A DNA stretch of 64,000 bases from Paecilomyces variotii (lineage: Eukaryota): NCBI GenBank assembly GCA_004022145.1, contig RCNU01000009.1. One strand, written 5' to 3'. The translations under genes were made by a program, and so were the position numbers. This document shows, one piece after another, positions 48,640-61,103 of the stretch. Position 1 is the stretch's first letter, and each line of letters begins with the position of its first letter. A model generated the notes under the pieces. That model ran no database searches. It had not been told where the DNA came from and worked only from the letters and a program-made list of their open reading frames with translations.

Positions 48640-49923
48640 TCAGTTGGCCGTCTCGCCAGGAAGCAGGTTGCCCTTGACGGCAAACATCTTACCGGTCGTC
48701 GACGACACGAAGCCATCGATCTGGCGCGAGTACTGCTCCACCTGTCGGGTGTTCAGCATGCTCTCCAGCCGGCTAGGCTCCTGAGGCAGCTTGAACAGTC
48801 GCTGCCACTCGTCCTCGGGAAGCAGGGGCTGCTTGAGCGCCGCACGGCTGGCGTTCTCCTGCTTGCGCTTCGCCTGCCACTGAGCGATCTTCTGCTGCTC
48901 ACGGGCCAGCGAGCGCTGGTAGTACTGGAAGTTGTTGTTCTCGGTGTGGTGGGTCTCGATGCTGTCCAGGAGCAGGTCGCAGTTCTTCTCCAAGAACGGG
49001 TCGATGCTCAGAGTCAGGTTGTCGAAGTTGGGGCTCAGAGGAGTGGAAGACGCCAGCGGTCCAGTCTTCAGAGCAGCGAGCGATGGCGGGAAGTCCAGAG
49101 GCTGCGAGGGCGGAGGCGAAGGCAGCTGGTGGAGGAAGGAGGTGAGGAGGTGAGAGTTGTGGATGGTCACGGGGAGTTCAACGAAGATTTGCTGGTAGGT
49201 CAAGTTCGACTTCTGGAGCCTATAAAGCCATAGATTGTAAGCATTTTGTCCCGCAGATATAGAAAGAAAGAAAAGAGAAAATAGGAAGCCATACTGCTCA
49301 GCGGTGAACTTGTTCTCCTTGAACGCAGTCATAAACTGCGGCGACAGACGGAACGCCCGCAGGCTCAGGGCGCCCTGAGAGCTACGGCTGACATCATGGA
49401 CGAGCGCAACTGTCCTCTCGTTCAGTTCCTTCTGGTAGAAGTACTGGTTCTCGATAACGTTCATGTTGACGAAGTTGCCCATGTTGGCGCTCGTGTACCA
49501 TCCGACGTTGTTCGCATCGATGTTCACCTCCCGCAACATCCGGATCATCTCATTCTGGTAGGCGACATTGGCCTTTGCTCGCGGAGCGGCCGCTGCAGGG
49601 TTGGGCGTGGTGTTGTCAAAGTGCGATTCCGGTGGCACCTCGACGACGGGGAAAGGGAAAGAGTTGGTGACCTCCAGGATGCCGTCAACATCCATACCAA
49701 CGATCGAACCGGTCGCCGCTGTCGGGAAAGTCTGAGAGGAGTGCTTGATGATTTTCATGACCACCTATACGTGGGGTATCAGTATCTCTTTGCGGATCGG
49801 AGGGGATATATTTCGAGGGCCATACCAGCGCGTCCACCTGGACGGCGGTGAGGGGGACTTCTTTCCTGGAAACTGTTAGCATGATTCCAGATCTTGAACA
49901 AGGGACATCACTTACTCAGCCAT
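48640..49923 (-). CDS. eif3h: Translation initiation factor eIF3 subunit H; introns 49915-49866, 49825-49765 and 49294-49220
   Basis: [48 protein letters not shown] and [11 protein letters not shown]. Confidence 0.95.
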
Positions 49924-50751
49924 GATGGATATAATAGTCCCGATACGGCTTGAGGACGAGGTGGACGAGGTGCTCTGTCTTTGTCGCTCTTGTCGCTGTC
50001 ACTACTGGTTTGTGTGGGCATTCTGCACAATTTCACTGGCGCTAGTTCTGTGTTGGGTTTAGCGCGCCAAGGAGAATAAAAATCCCAGCGGCTGACAGTT
50101 GACGGACAAGAAGATTGTATATGTATTTCAGTTAATGATTTGAAACTGTTTATAATGCCTGTAAATGTATTAGCTATAACTGTCATTAGATGCTTGGTGT
50201 CCGCTGCGTCTTAGAGTTAAGCATTTCGCAAGTGGATGTTCTCCAACACCCATAACTAGCAAATATGGGCTCTGCAATATTCGGATGTGAATTTTGGGTG
50301 TGAGTACACCAGAATCCCATATAATTATTACCACCATGTGGTCACAGGAGTCCTCATGATTGTCCTTCCATAATTACTTCCCTCATGGACATCATCTGTT
50401 ACAAGATTATCCTCCAAGTTGCACCATGCCCCTTCACCCCACGGAGGCAACTACCCCGCAAAATTCGAGTATCCCCTCCAAAGAACGATAAACCCCATCT
50501 ATCAACAAGAATAGAGAGCCCTGTAGAAATCAACCAGTAACTCTCGATGGACGGGTGTTTCCAAATATGATCACTTGGTAGAAAACCAGACTCACAGTGT
50601 AGAATCATATCCGCTTCAGCACCCGTCTCGGATACCTAACAACTGACAGAAAAATATATCTAGACGGGAAAGAGCTCATAGACCGACCCCATCAATTACC
50701 TCACACTCCGAATTTCCATCTCTCACAGGAGAGAAAGGATGAAGATACAAG

Positions 50752-51792
50752 ATGTCTTCTTCTTCAACATCATCCCCCACTGAAGAGTTCACTCATTACT
50801 ATGCGCAAGATCATGCTCTCCAGAAAGTTTCCGTATCCGTCATCCAACGAAATAACCCCGCGGAGGAAGATACAGGTTACTGGGTAATGTAACGACCTCC
50901 TCTCATCCCAGATCACACTTAACCCTCATATATACTGTTCCCAAGAAACGAGATACTGACAATCCTCCTTATTACTACTCACAGCTACATCCACGGCGGC
51001 GCCTGGCGCGACCCCACCGTAACCCTCTCCTCCTTCGACCTCACACAATCCATCCTCCTCAAATCCACCACCGTCCAAGAGAAGAAGAAGATCTCAGCCT
51101 TCGCATCGATCGAATACCGTCTAAGCCCTCACCCGAACTTCCCTCAGGACCCTCACACCACTCCGACCAGAGAACTGCGTCGCGCCCAACACCCAGATCA
51201 TATCCATGATGTTCGCGCCGCGATCACATTCCTCCAGACGGAGTATGGGTTCGGAGATCGATATATCCTGATCGGACACAGCTGTGGAGCGACATTGGCG
51301 TTCCAGACCGTCATGGACAATCTACCTGGTGTGAATCCGGACAGCGATGCAATGCGACTCATCAAGCCAAAAGCCATAGTTGGAGTCGAGGGTATTTATG
51401 ATTTGAGATTACTCCGTGATAATTACAAGCGGTATGATGCATATCAGGAATTCCTGACCGGTGCGTTTGGTCCTGATGAGGATCTCTGGGATGTCGTATC
51501 GCCTGCTAGAGCGTCGTCTTCTTCTTCTTCTTCTGGGATCCAGCGTAGTTGGGCGGAGGGGAAACTTGTTGTTTTAGCGCATTCGGTGGATGATGAACTT
51601 GTGGATTTTGCGCAGGTTGATGCGATGTATGATGGGTTGAAGGCGTGGGGAGGGGAAGGGAATGAGAGACGTGTTGTTACTCTGCGAGATTTGCATGGGC
51701 TGCATAATGAGGTTTGGAGTGCAGGTGAGGAGTTGGCGAGGGTTATTTCTGTTGCGGTGGAGGAGCTGGTCAGGTTAGATGAACGTTCTTGA
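50752..51792 (+). CDS. Alpha/beta hydrolase, kynurenine formamidase (Bna7-like); exons 50752-50888 and 50985-51792
   Basis: Spliced YWVIYIHGGAWRDP, IEYRLSP, nucleophile GHSCG, GIYDL, HSVDDELV and HNEVW. Confidence 0.88.
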
Positions 51793-52162
51793 GTGTGTAT
51801 ATTCTTTTTGCTACTTCCCCCCTCATGATACCAGATGGAATGACTTCCCCTAAGTAGTCGATACGCATATTCAGTCTTGTAGGGCTGTGAGGAGATTGAC
51901 CATACCCTTAAGTATCATGGAATAGGATACCGTGTATATATATCTCACGACGAAACATACACATAAGAGCAATGACTAGAGAAGATTTATAGATTTACTT
52001 TTCGGAATACAATTGGTGTTATAGTTAATATATATTCAGAAGATAAAATTCCAATTTGTCACGGAAGAAACCTCTCGAAATAAAGACGTAGAGCGTCATA
52101 TATCACCCACATGATCTCAAAGGGCGTACAATCAAGTTCACAAGAAGAGAAAAGGAAACGGT

Positions 52163-53584
52163 TTACAGAGCCTGGACAACGGCGAAGATAGCACCGATGG
52201 CGGCGATCATAGAGCCGGAGTTGGCGGCAGCACCGTTGGTGAATTGAGCAGCGGCGGCGCCGGCGGTGGAGGAGGAGGACAGGGTGGGCTTAGCAACGAT
52301 GGTGTAGGTACCGTTGCTACCCTGGCCAGCACCAGCAGCAGGGCGGACACCGCTGGGGGAAGCGATGTAGGCACCAGTGCTGTTGGATCCAGCAGCAGCA
52401 CCAGCGGCAGCACCAGCAGCGCCGGCAGCAGGGGAAGCGCCGGAACCAGCACCCTCAGTTTCGCAGGGCTCAGCGGCGGGAGCAGCAGCGGAAGAGGCAC
52501 CAGCAGCAGCGGCGGGGATAGCAGCGGCAGCAGACGAAGCAGCAGCACCAGCAGCAGCACCAGTGGCAGAGGCATTGTGAGAAACACCGGTAGCAGTGGC
52601 AACAGCGGAAGACGAGGCAGCGGAGGCGTTCTTGGTGGAGGTGGAAGTGGTGTTACCGCAAGACAGGTCGAACAGAGGAGTGGTGCTCAGCTGCTGGCCA
52701 ACGATACCGAAGCTGGGAGAGGTAGGGGCATCCTGAAGAGTGTACCACCAGATGTTGGTCTTGCCGAAACGAGGGCATCCAACCTGGTCCCAGTAGGTCT
52801 TCGCGTTGGCGGTGTTAGCAACAGCCTCGTTCTCGGTAGGACCGCTGACGGGCCAGCCGGTCTCAGTGATCCAGATCTCCTTGCCAGAGGCACCGTTCTC
52901 GACCTGGGCAATGGCATCGTTGAACAGACCGTTGGCGTCGTTGATGGAGTTGGCCTCGGTGTTCTGGAAGTAGGGGTAGGCGTCAACACCAATCCAGTCG
53001 GCAGCCTCAGAGACAGCGACGTTGGAGGTGTTGGCCCAGGCGGTCCAGGTGTCGACGTGGCCGATCTTAGCGCTGCTCAGAGCAGTGCCAGCAATGGCCT
53101 CGCGGACCTGCTTGATGTAGGACACAATGGTGTCGGGGTTGGCACCAATGCCAGCCTTGGCCTGAATGCCAGTGGGGGAGTTACGGTAGAGATCCTCACT
53201 GCCCACGGAGATACCGACAACCAGCTTGGTGAAGGAGTCTCCGTAGGTGTTGATGGCGTTCTTGAGCGCAGTGACCTCGTTGTTAAAGATATCTTGGCCA
53301 GCGGAGGCCCAGAGACCGAGCAGCAGGCTGGTGTTCTCCTGGATGGCAGCGGGGATGGCGGAGGTCACATCGCTGGTGGTACCGCCCTGGATAGTGGTGT
53401 ACAGTCTGGCACTGGTGAAGCCAGACGTACCGACGAGGTTCTTCGCAGTTTCAAACTGCTGCTGGAAATCGGACTGCTGCCTGTAGGAGCCATCGGGGTT
53501 GGTGGCACCGTAGTTGAAGCCCTGGTAGGCAGCGTTGGTGGTAGCGAGAGACAGCGCGAACGCGAGAAGCTGTGAGTAGTGCAT
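52163..53584 (-). CDS. eglC: GPI-anchored GH17 endo-1,3-beta-glucanase/glucanosyltransferase EglC
   Basis: Signal peptide, [30 protein letters not shown], Ala/Ser-rich stalk and hydrophobic GPI-type C-terminus. Confidence 0.93.
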   Translation of the reverse strand: MHYSQLLAFALSLATTNAAYQGFNYGATNPDGSYRQQSDFQQQFETAKNLVGTSGFTSARLYTTIQGGTTSDVTSAIPAAIQENTSLLLGLWASAGQDIFNNEVTALKNAINTYGDSFTKLVVGISVGSEDLYRNSPTGIQAKAGIGANPDTIVSYIKQVREAIAGTALSSAKIGHVDTWTAWANTSNVAVSEAADWIGVDAYPYFQNTEANSINDANGLFNDAIAQVENGASGKEIWITETGWPVSGPTENEAVANTANAKTYWDQVGCPRFGKTNIWWYTLQDAPTSPSFGIVGQQLSTTPLFDLSCGNTTSTSTKNASAASSSAVATATGVSHNASATGAAAGAAASSAAAAIPAAAAGASSAAAPAAEPCETEGAGSGASPAAGAAGAAAGAAAGSNSTGAYIASPSGVRPAAGAGQGSNGTYTIVAKPTLSSSSTAGAAAAQFTNGAAANSGSMIAAIGAIFAVVQAL

Positions 53585-55578
53585 GTTGGATATACTTCGA
53601 AGCGAGTGTCGACGATCAAAAATAGTCTAAAAAAAGGACAAGAGGAAAAAAAAAAGGTTTCTTATAAAAAAGTTGGTGTAAGGACAGTATAGAAAAAAGA
53701 AATAAAAAAAAGTATCGAGGTGATTGATCGAGGAGCGAAAACGAGAGGAACCACTCGAACGAGAGGCAAGACAGTCAGTTAATAATGGAGAGAAAGGAAG
53801 AAGGAGAGAAACACTGGTCCATCTGGAGTAGAAGGGAAGTCTAGATGGTATTGCATCGTCATGCCCGGGCCCGCTGTCCGGAGGGTCTATTCCAGGTACC
53901 GGGACAAAAAATCTGAATTTCCATGTAAACCGTTTGGTCAGCCTTAGCTAAAGTTGGGTTTAGCGGATTGCCGGTGTCTGTTTAGTTCCATGTTTATATA
54001 TGGAACTGTGGACTGAATCCCGGGCCACGAATGGCTCTGAGCACTCGCAATCCACGCGAATTGGCCCGTCGAGCTTTTGCCATCCGTGCGACTTATTCCC
54101 AAACCATCCTTAGGATGACGCGTCAGGCACGCTGGCGCCATTAAACAGGCCGGGAACTTCGGACAGGTAAGATGATAGAAATGGAGAGCGGATTCTAGAC
54201 TTCGTTTGTCCCCAGCGGGCGTTGTGGTGGCGTTCCGTGCTGAGACAGGGGCATTAATATTGGCTAATTCGGGTTTGTCGAATCAGTCTCATTCAATGGT
54301 TCGCAGTAATGCTATGTATGGTAGCTGGAATGGAATGGTTGGGTTGCTGTGCTGCGGATCTGTTGTCAATCTTGTTATTATTATTGATGTGTGTTGTTCT
54401 TGATGGATATCCTAGGTAGGTTGTCGAAGTCATGAACGGTCAAAAGAGGAAACAGAAATAATGACCCAGCAGGACGGCACGGTAATAATCCTCTACTCTC
54501 CTCACCCGGCACAGCCATTATTGGAGAAAGGGACCACATGAAATGACAGTGGAACCGACACGGCAATCCAAGGCAGTGGCAACAGTCCCTCGCCCTTCTT
54601 TGGCACCCGCGCTCTCAATGAGAGCTTGTCAGTCAGCGATGAGTTATATCCAGAATATAATCAACGGTTGTACCATACGGAATGCTGATCCCCCTACTCT
54701 ATTTCCAAGTCCGGAGAGGCCGCGCGCCAGCGGCTCCCCGTCTCCCCAAGGGGAAGGGTCTTCTTTTCAATCCACCAATATAGAGGACGTACCATATGTA
54801 CCGGATGTTTGGTTTGGGATCATGAAACCCACGGACTGGTCGGACTGAGGCCCGACAGTTCATGAAACCCATGGGAGTATTATTAATAATAGAACACTAG
54901 TCAGTCAATAAGTGTGTAGCAACTATGGTTCATGGTCACAATTGTTATTCTCGGTTTGCTACAGCAATACTTCTCCCTGTCCTCTGACGTTTTCATAACT
55001 ATCATAGTTGTCATTTCCTTGAAGTTAACCATAACCCCGGGAGATGCATGATGGTTTGAATTCGTGGATCTCCTTACACAATCACGGCATCATCCATTAT
55101 GCATATCCAGCTCTGATAGATGTGTTTGGGATATTCCGCAGGTTAATTATGATATATGGCGGCGTCTCTGATGAGTATATCCAGCCAACTAACTGGAACC
55201 ATTCCGACTCCAAGGAACAAAAGGTTAAAAACTCCGAAGACTTTTTGTATCATTTGGTTACGGTGATAGACGGTGATGTAGAAGGAGACCTTTGGACCTT
55301 TTGGATTGAGTATCGGTTGAGAAGATCCACGTGGTCTGTCTAATTCTGATGCTCGACTCGAGCGTCGAACTATCATACTCGAAATCTTGAGATTGAACAA
55401 GACCAAGCGTTATCCGCTTACAGTCACTATCATTTAGTTCCATCTGTCTAGTCTCTGCTAGAACTTTGCGACTTGCGCGCTCAAGTTGTAGATTTCTTCT
55501 GCCAGACAGTGTAGCTAGTTCCCTGTCTATATCTGTCCTAAACTCAAGACCAATACACATAGTTGCAGACCCAGTGCC

Positions 55579-56198
55579 ATGGGTACTGTACTTTTCCACA
55601 GGGCGTCTGATGATGATCTAATTACATACTATTTATTGGAGCAATGTCAAATTATTGGGGGATGCAACTATGGTAATCTGGTTGTTCAAATCTCCGATAA
55701 CCTTGCGATTAAATTTACTATGGCTGTCTTACGAGACAAGACTGTTGACCTGACCAGGCAGGAATCTTATAAGCTTGTTAATCACAATATTGTCCGGATA
55801 ACCAAAAGTCCATCGGTATCTTATGAATGCAATAGGACGCGGCTATATTCTATTCTGATAGATTGCGTTGTAATAAATCCACCAGATAAATTAAAAGGTA
55901 ATATCCATAATCACTTCAGTCCACTAAAGGGGCAACAGACTTAGTCTTCGAACAACATTCACAAAACCTAGCTTAACAGTACGGTATGCTTCTTCCAAAC
56001 CAAGGGAAGTTGTCACGCCAAAGATATAATCTTATCGTCTACCATCTTGAAATCGCTTCGCGGAATATTATTACCCAGCACCAAATATGGAACGCATATG
56101 TTTATTTATCGGTATCCTACCCTAGACACTTGAAGTTATGGGCGCTATGGAACCTAGAGGAGAAAGATGGGTCGAATACTCGACAAACTGCTGCTTGA
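55579..56198 (+). pseudogene. Degenerate aminoglycoside-phosphotransferase/kinase-like gene relic
   Basis: Fragments in different frames: IIGGCNYGNLVVQISDNLAIKF and VNHNIVR, then LIVYHLEIASRNII (cf. LCHLDIAPRNI) and YPR...KDG. Catalytic Asp is replaced and frames are broken. Confidence 0.55.
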
Positions 56199-57355
56199 AT
56201 GCATAAAACCACTTTATAAATTAGAGTTGGAGCAAAAACCATATCTAACAAAACGACATATTGTCGGCGCACAAAGTATATCATACATCCAGGTAATCTG
56301 TCAACCGTCCGTTTGATTTTACAGCAGGATCCTTGATATCCTAATTATAGAATGGAACCTACCAGGATCTATAGATTCTATGTATGCTATAGTATCTAGT
56401 CCAGGAGATATGTAAATATAGATCCAAATCCCCCACCTAGAACTATGGTACAAAATTCAAGCAAGTAATTTAAAGTGTTTTAAATCAGACTACTTAGTCC
56501 ATGGTATCCTCCCGTGCTATCTATCTATTCAATATTACATATTCGACACAAATCCACGCATTTGTATACTAACTGTACATAGTCTAGTAGATCCGTAGCA
56601 ATATATGTATAGTACATACATGCATTAGAAAAAGACAGAGGGCCACATCAATCCCATCAGAACCTGATATCTTTCTCTTCATTCTTCTCTTCTCACCAAT
56701 CTGACAACCAGCACCCCTTTCTACGACGCCAGAACAAGCATTATTAGTCCCATTCTCGAATGTCCCTAGTAAAGAGCCCGTCATCATTAGATCTGTGGAT
56801 CTCGAATCTCTTGTCGCACGAAGTTTCGATCGGGGTTGTGGGGCGGAGCTATCGACTCTAGTGCAGGGGGTTCAGGGGCTTCCTATGAAGTTCTGGACCG
56901 GCCATCGGATTTACCACTCCAGTTCTGGAGGGGAGTTCTAGATGCTTAGAAGATCGTTGCTTTTGATGATGTGGGGGGGCTCTGTTTATTCTATGGAGAA
57001 GTATATCGTTGCTTACGGTACCGAGGAAGGAGGAAGAGCAATGCAGTTCGAATTCCGACATCATATTCCTCCTGGTCCCTTCACTTAATTGTGAAGGAAC
57101 GCTGAAATGATACGTGCTAAACCGCAATATTCGAATAATTACATTTCTCAATGTGAAAAGAAAGGATCCCACGAATTATCAGCCATTTGTTACCGCTCGT
57201 TAACGCCCCATTGAGCCATCATGATGATTAATGCACATTTCTGAACTCTAAGAAAAGACCATGCGCCGAGTTGCTGTGACGAGTGAAATGAAGCGGGTAT
57301 TTGTGATTCCGCACAGCGGGCAATGGACACAGTAAGAGGAGTCCTCCCAGCGAGC

Positions 57356-58557
57356 TCAATTACCGAGATCCATGCGGCCAGAAGCGGTGTCGCCCAGAAC
57401 CTTGCTGTCCTTGCTGCTGGGCTTGTCCTCGTCGTCTTCCAGCTCCTCATCTTCCTCGTCGCTTTCCTCAGCGAATCCGGGTTCAACGCCAGCTGCGCGG
57501 AGACGAGCTTTCATCTCACTGCGTTGACGGTCCTGCCAGCGAGCGAGAGCTGCAGCGGCATGGACGCGGAAGCCAAAGACACGCGGCTCGTAACGACGAA
57601 TGCTCTTCTCAGGGATCAGAGACGGATAGACCTGGAACAGGATGTTGTGGAAAGAAGTGCCGAAATACGCGCCGTCGATCGAGGCATGACGAGATGACTT
57701 GGGGTTATAGATATCCTCGCACTTGGCGCAATAGAGCTTGACGGTCTTGACGTTGGGAAGGTCGGAAAGTCCCATGGGGAGGAGAGGGTGTTGTTCGCAC
57801 GCGACACGCGGGCACTTTCCAAAGTCGCCTTTCTTATACTTGTCAAGCTGTACAGCAGGAAAACATACGTTAGATTCTATGCGTGAGGCCCTGAAGAACA
57901 CACAGTGTCGATATATCTTACCATCTTAGCCAGACCTCTCGTAGTCACAATGTATCTCGCGTGCACCAAACCGTAGAGGTGACGCGCAGACTTCTCGATC
58001 TGCTCACGGAGCTCATCGTCCGCATCAAGGTCGAAGACGTCTGTGATCAGATCGAGGGCATACTGGTAGTACTGCACCTCCGTGTTGAGTCCAGTCAAGT
58101 TGAAGCGATCGGTCAGGTATTCCTCGTCGATTTCGCAGAAGTATTCGTTGCCGCGGGACGAGATAAACTGGAATTTGAACGAAGTCAGTCTCAGGTACTC
58201 GACAGCACTAGTAACGAGAGCACTTGAGTTCCCGGGAGGAACAACAGGCGGGCCGCTCATGATGCTTGAGAAGTTGAAAGGTAGCGCAGCAAGTGTTCTT
58301 GATATAACCCTGAAAAAAGCCGAGATGCTAAGATATCAAAGGACAAGAGATCACTTGTGAGGAATATCACCAGCTGTCCAGCTGCATTCATCCCAATTCC
58401 CCAGCGTCCTCGGCGCTCACACAATCACACAAGTCACAACAATCAAAGCCGCACTGCCTCAAACCACAATGACCAAATGCAAAACAAGACAGAAACTCAC
58501 CCAGTCTCGCCAGTAACTAGTGTAGTCACTATCAGTCTCACTGTTAAAGTCCTCCAT
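57356..58557 (-). CDS. ckb2: Casein kinase II regulatory subunit beta-2; exons 58557-58501, 58167-57922 and 57847-57356
   Basis: MEDFNSETDSDYTSYWRDW|FISSRGNEYFCEIDEEYLTDRFNLTGL, LYGLVHARYI, CPRVAC...YCAKCEDIY and IDGAYFGTSF. Confidence 0.95.
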
Positions 58558-59319
58558 TGCGACGCAAAGTGCCTCTTAGCGGTTTCTCGTCTCTGGATGA
58601 GGTTTTGATTTCGTAAATGCCCAGGCCACTCCCAAAAAGGAGTCCCGGCGGGGGAGAGATAGGTGCGACAAAGATACAAAGTCAAACAGTCAATTATCGT
58701 AAAATATCCCACACTTCTTGAGCTGCACTGGTCACACCAAGGCCTCTGGGCAACTGCTCCGATGAGGTACGTGCAGCACAGTGAAAAGAAACAGCACGAG
58801 TCTGGCCAAGCGCGGCATTCTGATATCACGAAGATCCATGTCTGTTTTCTGGTTAGCGCGGGGTAGGCGGTGAAGAAACTCCCCATAGTATGCCTGGAAT
58901 GGTAGGCGGTGGATAATGGCAATAGACAGTCACGCCGAAAAGGGCGATCCATGTTTCCCCAGTTTATGTACCTGGATTCTAAGATAATTCAATGGGTTAT
59001 TCCTTGGGGCAAAAGCTTCTTTGCTATGTATGAAATATGGGGATTCCCTGGTTGCAATTGTGTATTTCGACCCACGGTTTAAAGGCTACATTGTTTTCAA
59101 CTTAAGGAAGCTCTTCCACTAAATTCAGGTTATGAGGAGGGAGAGCCTGCTTTACATGACTGATGCTGGTAATGACTAGCTGTCAAGGGCCTGTGGTTGA
59201 GTAGTAAAAGGGGAATTCTCCATTAGAAAATATTACTCATTTCATTATGTATCATTATCGAATAGTTCTAGCAAGTCATAACGGTTCTACCCGGTTACTA
59301 TTAAGTCGAAGTCATTATC

Positions 59320-60609
59320 CTACCAATGCCCACGCCGATTACCGTGCAATTCGAATCCGAAACTCCACAGACCCCTTGCGCCTGAAACCTCAAATTTATC
59401 CCGAGGTTGGCTGTCTTCATTCTTTTTGTGTGTCTTCTTTCCTATATGCTGCATTGCGCTTGGCACCAACGCCCAGCGGTCCAGGCCTTTCTCATCAGCC
59501 CACTCCTCGATCACACTGTCGACAGGGCCCGGCGATGTATGCTTTTCGTCCAGATGGTCAATCAACGCGGGGACATTTTCACGAGGGAAAACTAAGGCCT
59601 GAGAACAGCAGCCAAATTCGTTCATTCGGCAGAGGCCTGGGCGCAGCGGTTGCATACTGACACGTCCGGAGAGAAAGAACAGTGCGATCGCCATCGGTAC
59701 ACACAAGAAGCTGAGGATGCAGATGAACTCGAGAGACACGCTATTGCGAGCGGAAGGGAAGCGGCGTCGTATGTGAAAACCACATACAGCTGGCAGAGAC
59801 ACCAGGATAAGACTCCAACATAGATATCGAGGCCAATTCTCTGAGTTCCACCCCATGAACTTCTCCGTATAGAACAAACGGAGGTAGAGCCACTTCTTGC
59901 CTCCCATTTCCTTCTGCTTATGCTGCAGCGAGTGGAGGTTGCGCATGGTCCTTGGATACCATCCTTCCTGCGCTAAAACATCATCCTCTAGTATAGTGAT
60001 CCACGGGGCATCAGTCTGATTGAGGCAAGAACGCAGCAAAAGAGCGTAGTCTTGGAGCGTCTTTTTCGCGATTCGATGTTCTTTGTTCACTCCAGCCAGA
60101 GACGGTGGTTTGTGGTGTAGTTCTTCGTATGTCATAACCTTATCCGTTACGGCGTGAACCCATGGTACGTTGAAGAACGGATGGTTTGTCACTGGCTCGT
60201 GAGCAAAGAGCAATGTCAAGTATATCTCCTCTCTCTCCGCGAGTGTCAGATCCGCTAGAAGAGAACCCAATGTCATGTCGATAGGCTGATCACCGGGCCG
60301 CTTCACCGTCGCGATGCCAATGCACATGCTCTTCTCATGTTGAGTATTTGTTCTGAGCGGGGATGTCTGCTCAGTAGATATCTGCTTGATGAAAGCCTTC
60401 GCCCGTTGGACCCTCTCTAGGCTGTATATCGGTCGATACCCCTCCACCGGGTCGAAAAAGATAGATCCAGGATCTCGATAGAAGTTGCGCCGGCAATACA
60501 AGACCGCGAAGAGGAAGACGATGAAATATGAGACCAGGAAGTTGATTTGAGATCGTGTCAGTGAGCCGCATGAGAAAGACGAGCGCCACATCGTTGGGTG
60601 CAGGTGCAT
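59320..60609 (-). CDS. PGAP4/TMEM246-like GT-A glycosyltransferase with internal transmembrane pair, intronless
   Basis: N-terminal TM, QDY...ILEDD, LYLRLFYTE, two TM helices, GCCSQALVFP and QHIG, in the same order as I recall for mammalian PGAP4. Confidence 0.8.
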   Translation of the reverse strand: MHLHPTMWRSSFSCGSLTRSQINFLVSYFIVFLFAVLYCRRNFYRDPGSIFFDPVEGYRPIYSLERVQRAKAFIKQISTEQTSPLRTNTQHEKSMCIGIATVKRPGDQPIDMTLGSLLADLTLAEREEIYLTLLFAHEPVTNHPFFNVPWVHAVTDKVMTYEELHHKPPSLAGVNKEHRIAKKTLQDYALLLRSCLNQTDAPWITILEDDVLAQEGWYPRTMRNLHSLQHKQKEMGGKKWLYLRLFYTEKFMGWNSENWPRYLCWSLILVSLPAVCGFHIRRRFPSARNSVSLEFICILSFLCVPMAIALFFLSGRVSMQPLRPGLCRMNEFGCCSQALVFPRENVPALIDHLDEKHTSPGPVDSVIEEWADEKGLDRWALVPSAMQHIGKKTHKKNEDSQPRDKFEVSGARGLWSFGFELHGNRRGHW

Positions 60610-61072
60610 CTTGATGAAGGCAACATGAGCTATCCAGGGGCAAGACGCGAACTAGCCAAGAGAAGAACTATGGGAGCTCCACAGATATAAGCATGCCGGG
60701 AGAGAGAAAGGATATCGGATGCAAATTTTCTCAGAATGCGCTCGCAACAGATCCAACGTCGGCACTATCTATAATTCTGCGGCTACCCCGGTGGGCTGAG
60801 GGCAACCATGGTCTATCGGCACTGGGCAGCGACGTCTGTGAAGGGAAAGGGTCGCTGGGCTGGTGGCTTGCTCTAACTGACTCGAATACCCGAGCGCGAA
60901 AACCTTTCGCAAGGCACATCGATCGACCCTTATCGGGGATCAACACGACTTACATGATTTCGCGTTGGTCCCCCGGTGCCTCTGTGGGAACTGCGCCCGT
61001 GCTTTTCGCATTTGATTGCTTAAGCTACGCCGTTGGGCCTATCAGTATCGCGCTTAACAATAACTAGACGAG

Positions 61073-61103
61073 CCAAGAGTACCAAGAATACCAAGAATAC
61101 CAA
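61073..61103. repeat. Short 9-bp tandem repeat (ccaagaata-like) x3 plus a partial copy
   Basis: ccaagagta ccaagaata ccaagaata ccaa. Confidence 0.8.

Noticed and set aside
52244-53575. 443-aa ORF antisense to eglC
   Set aside because: Shadow of strong codon bias in eglC; it has a GTG start, low complexity and no motifs
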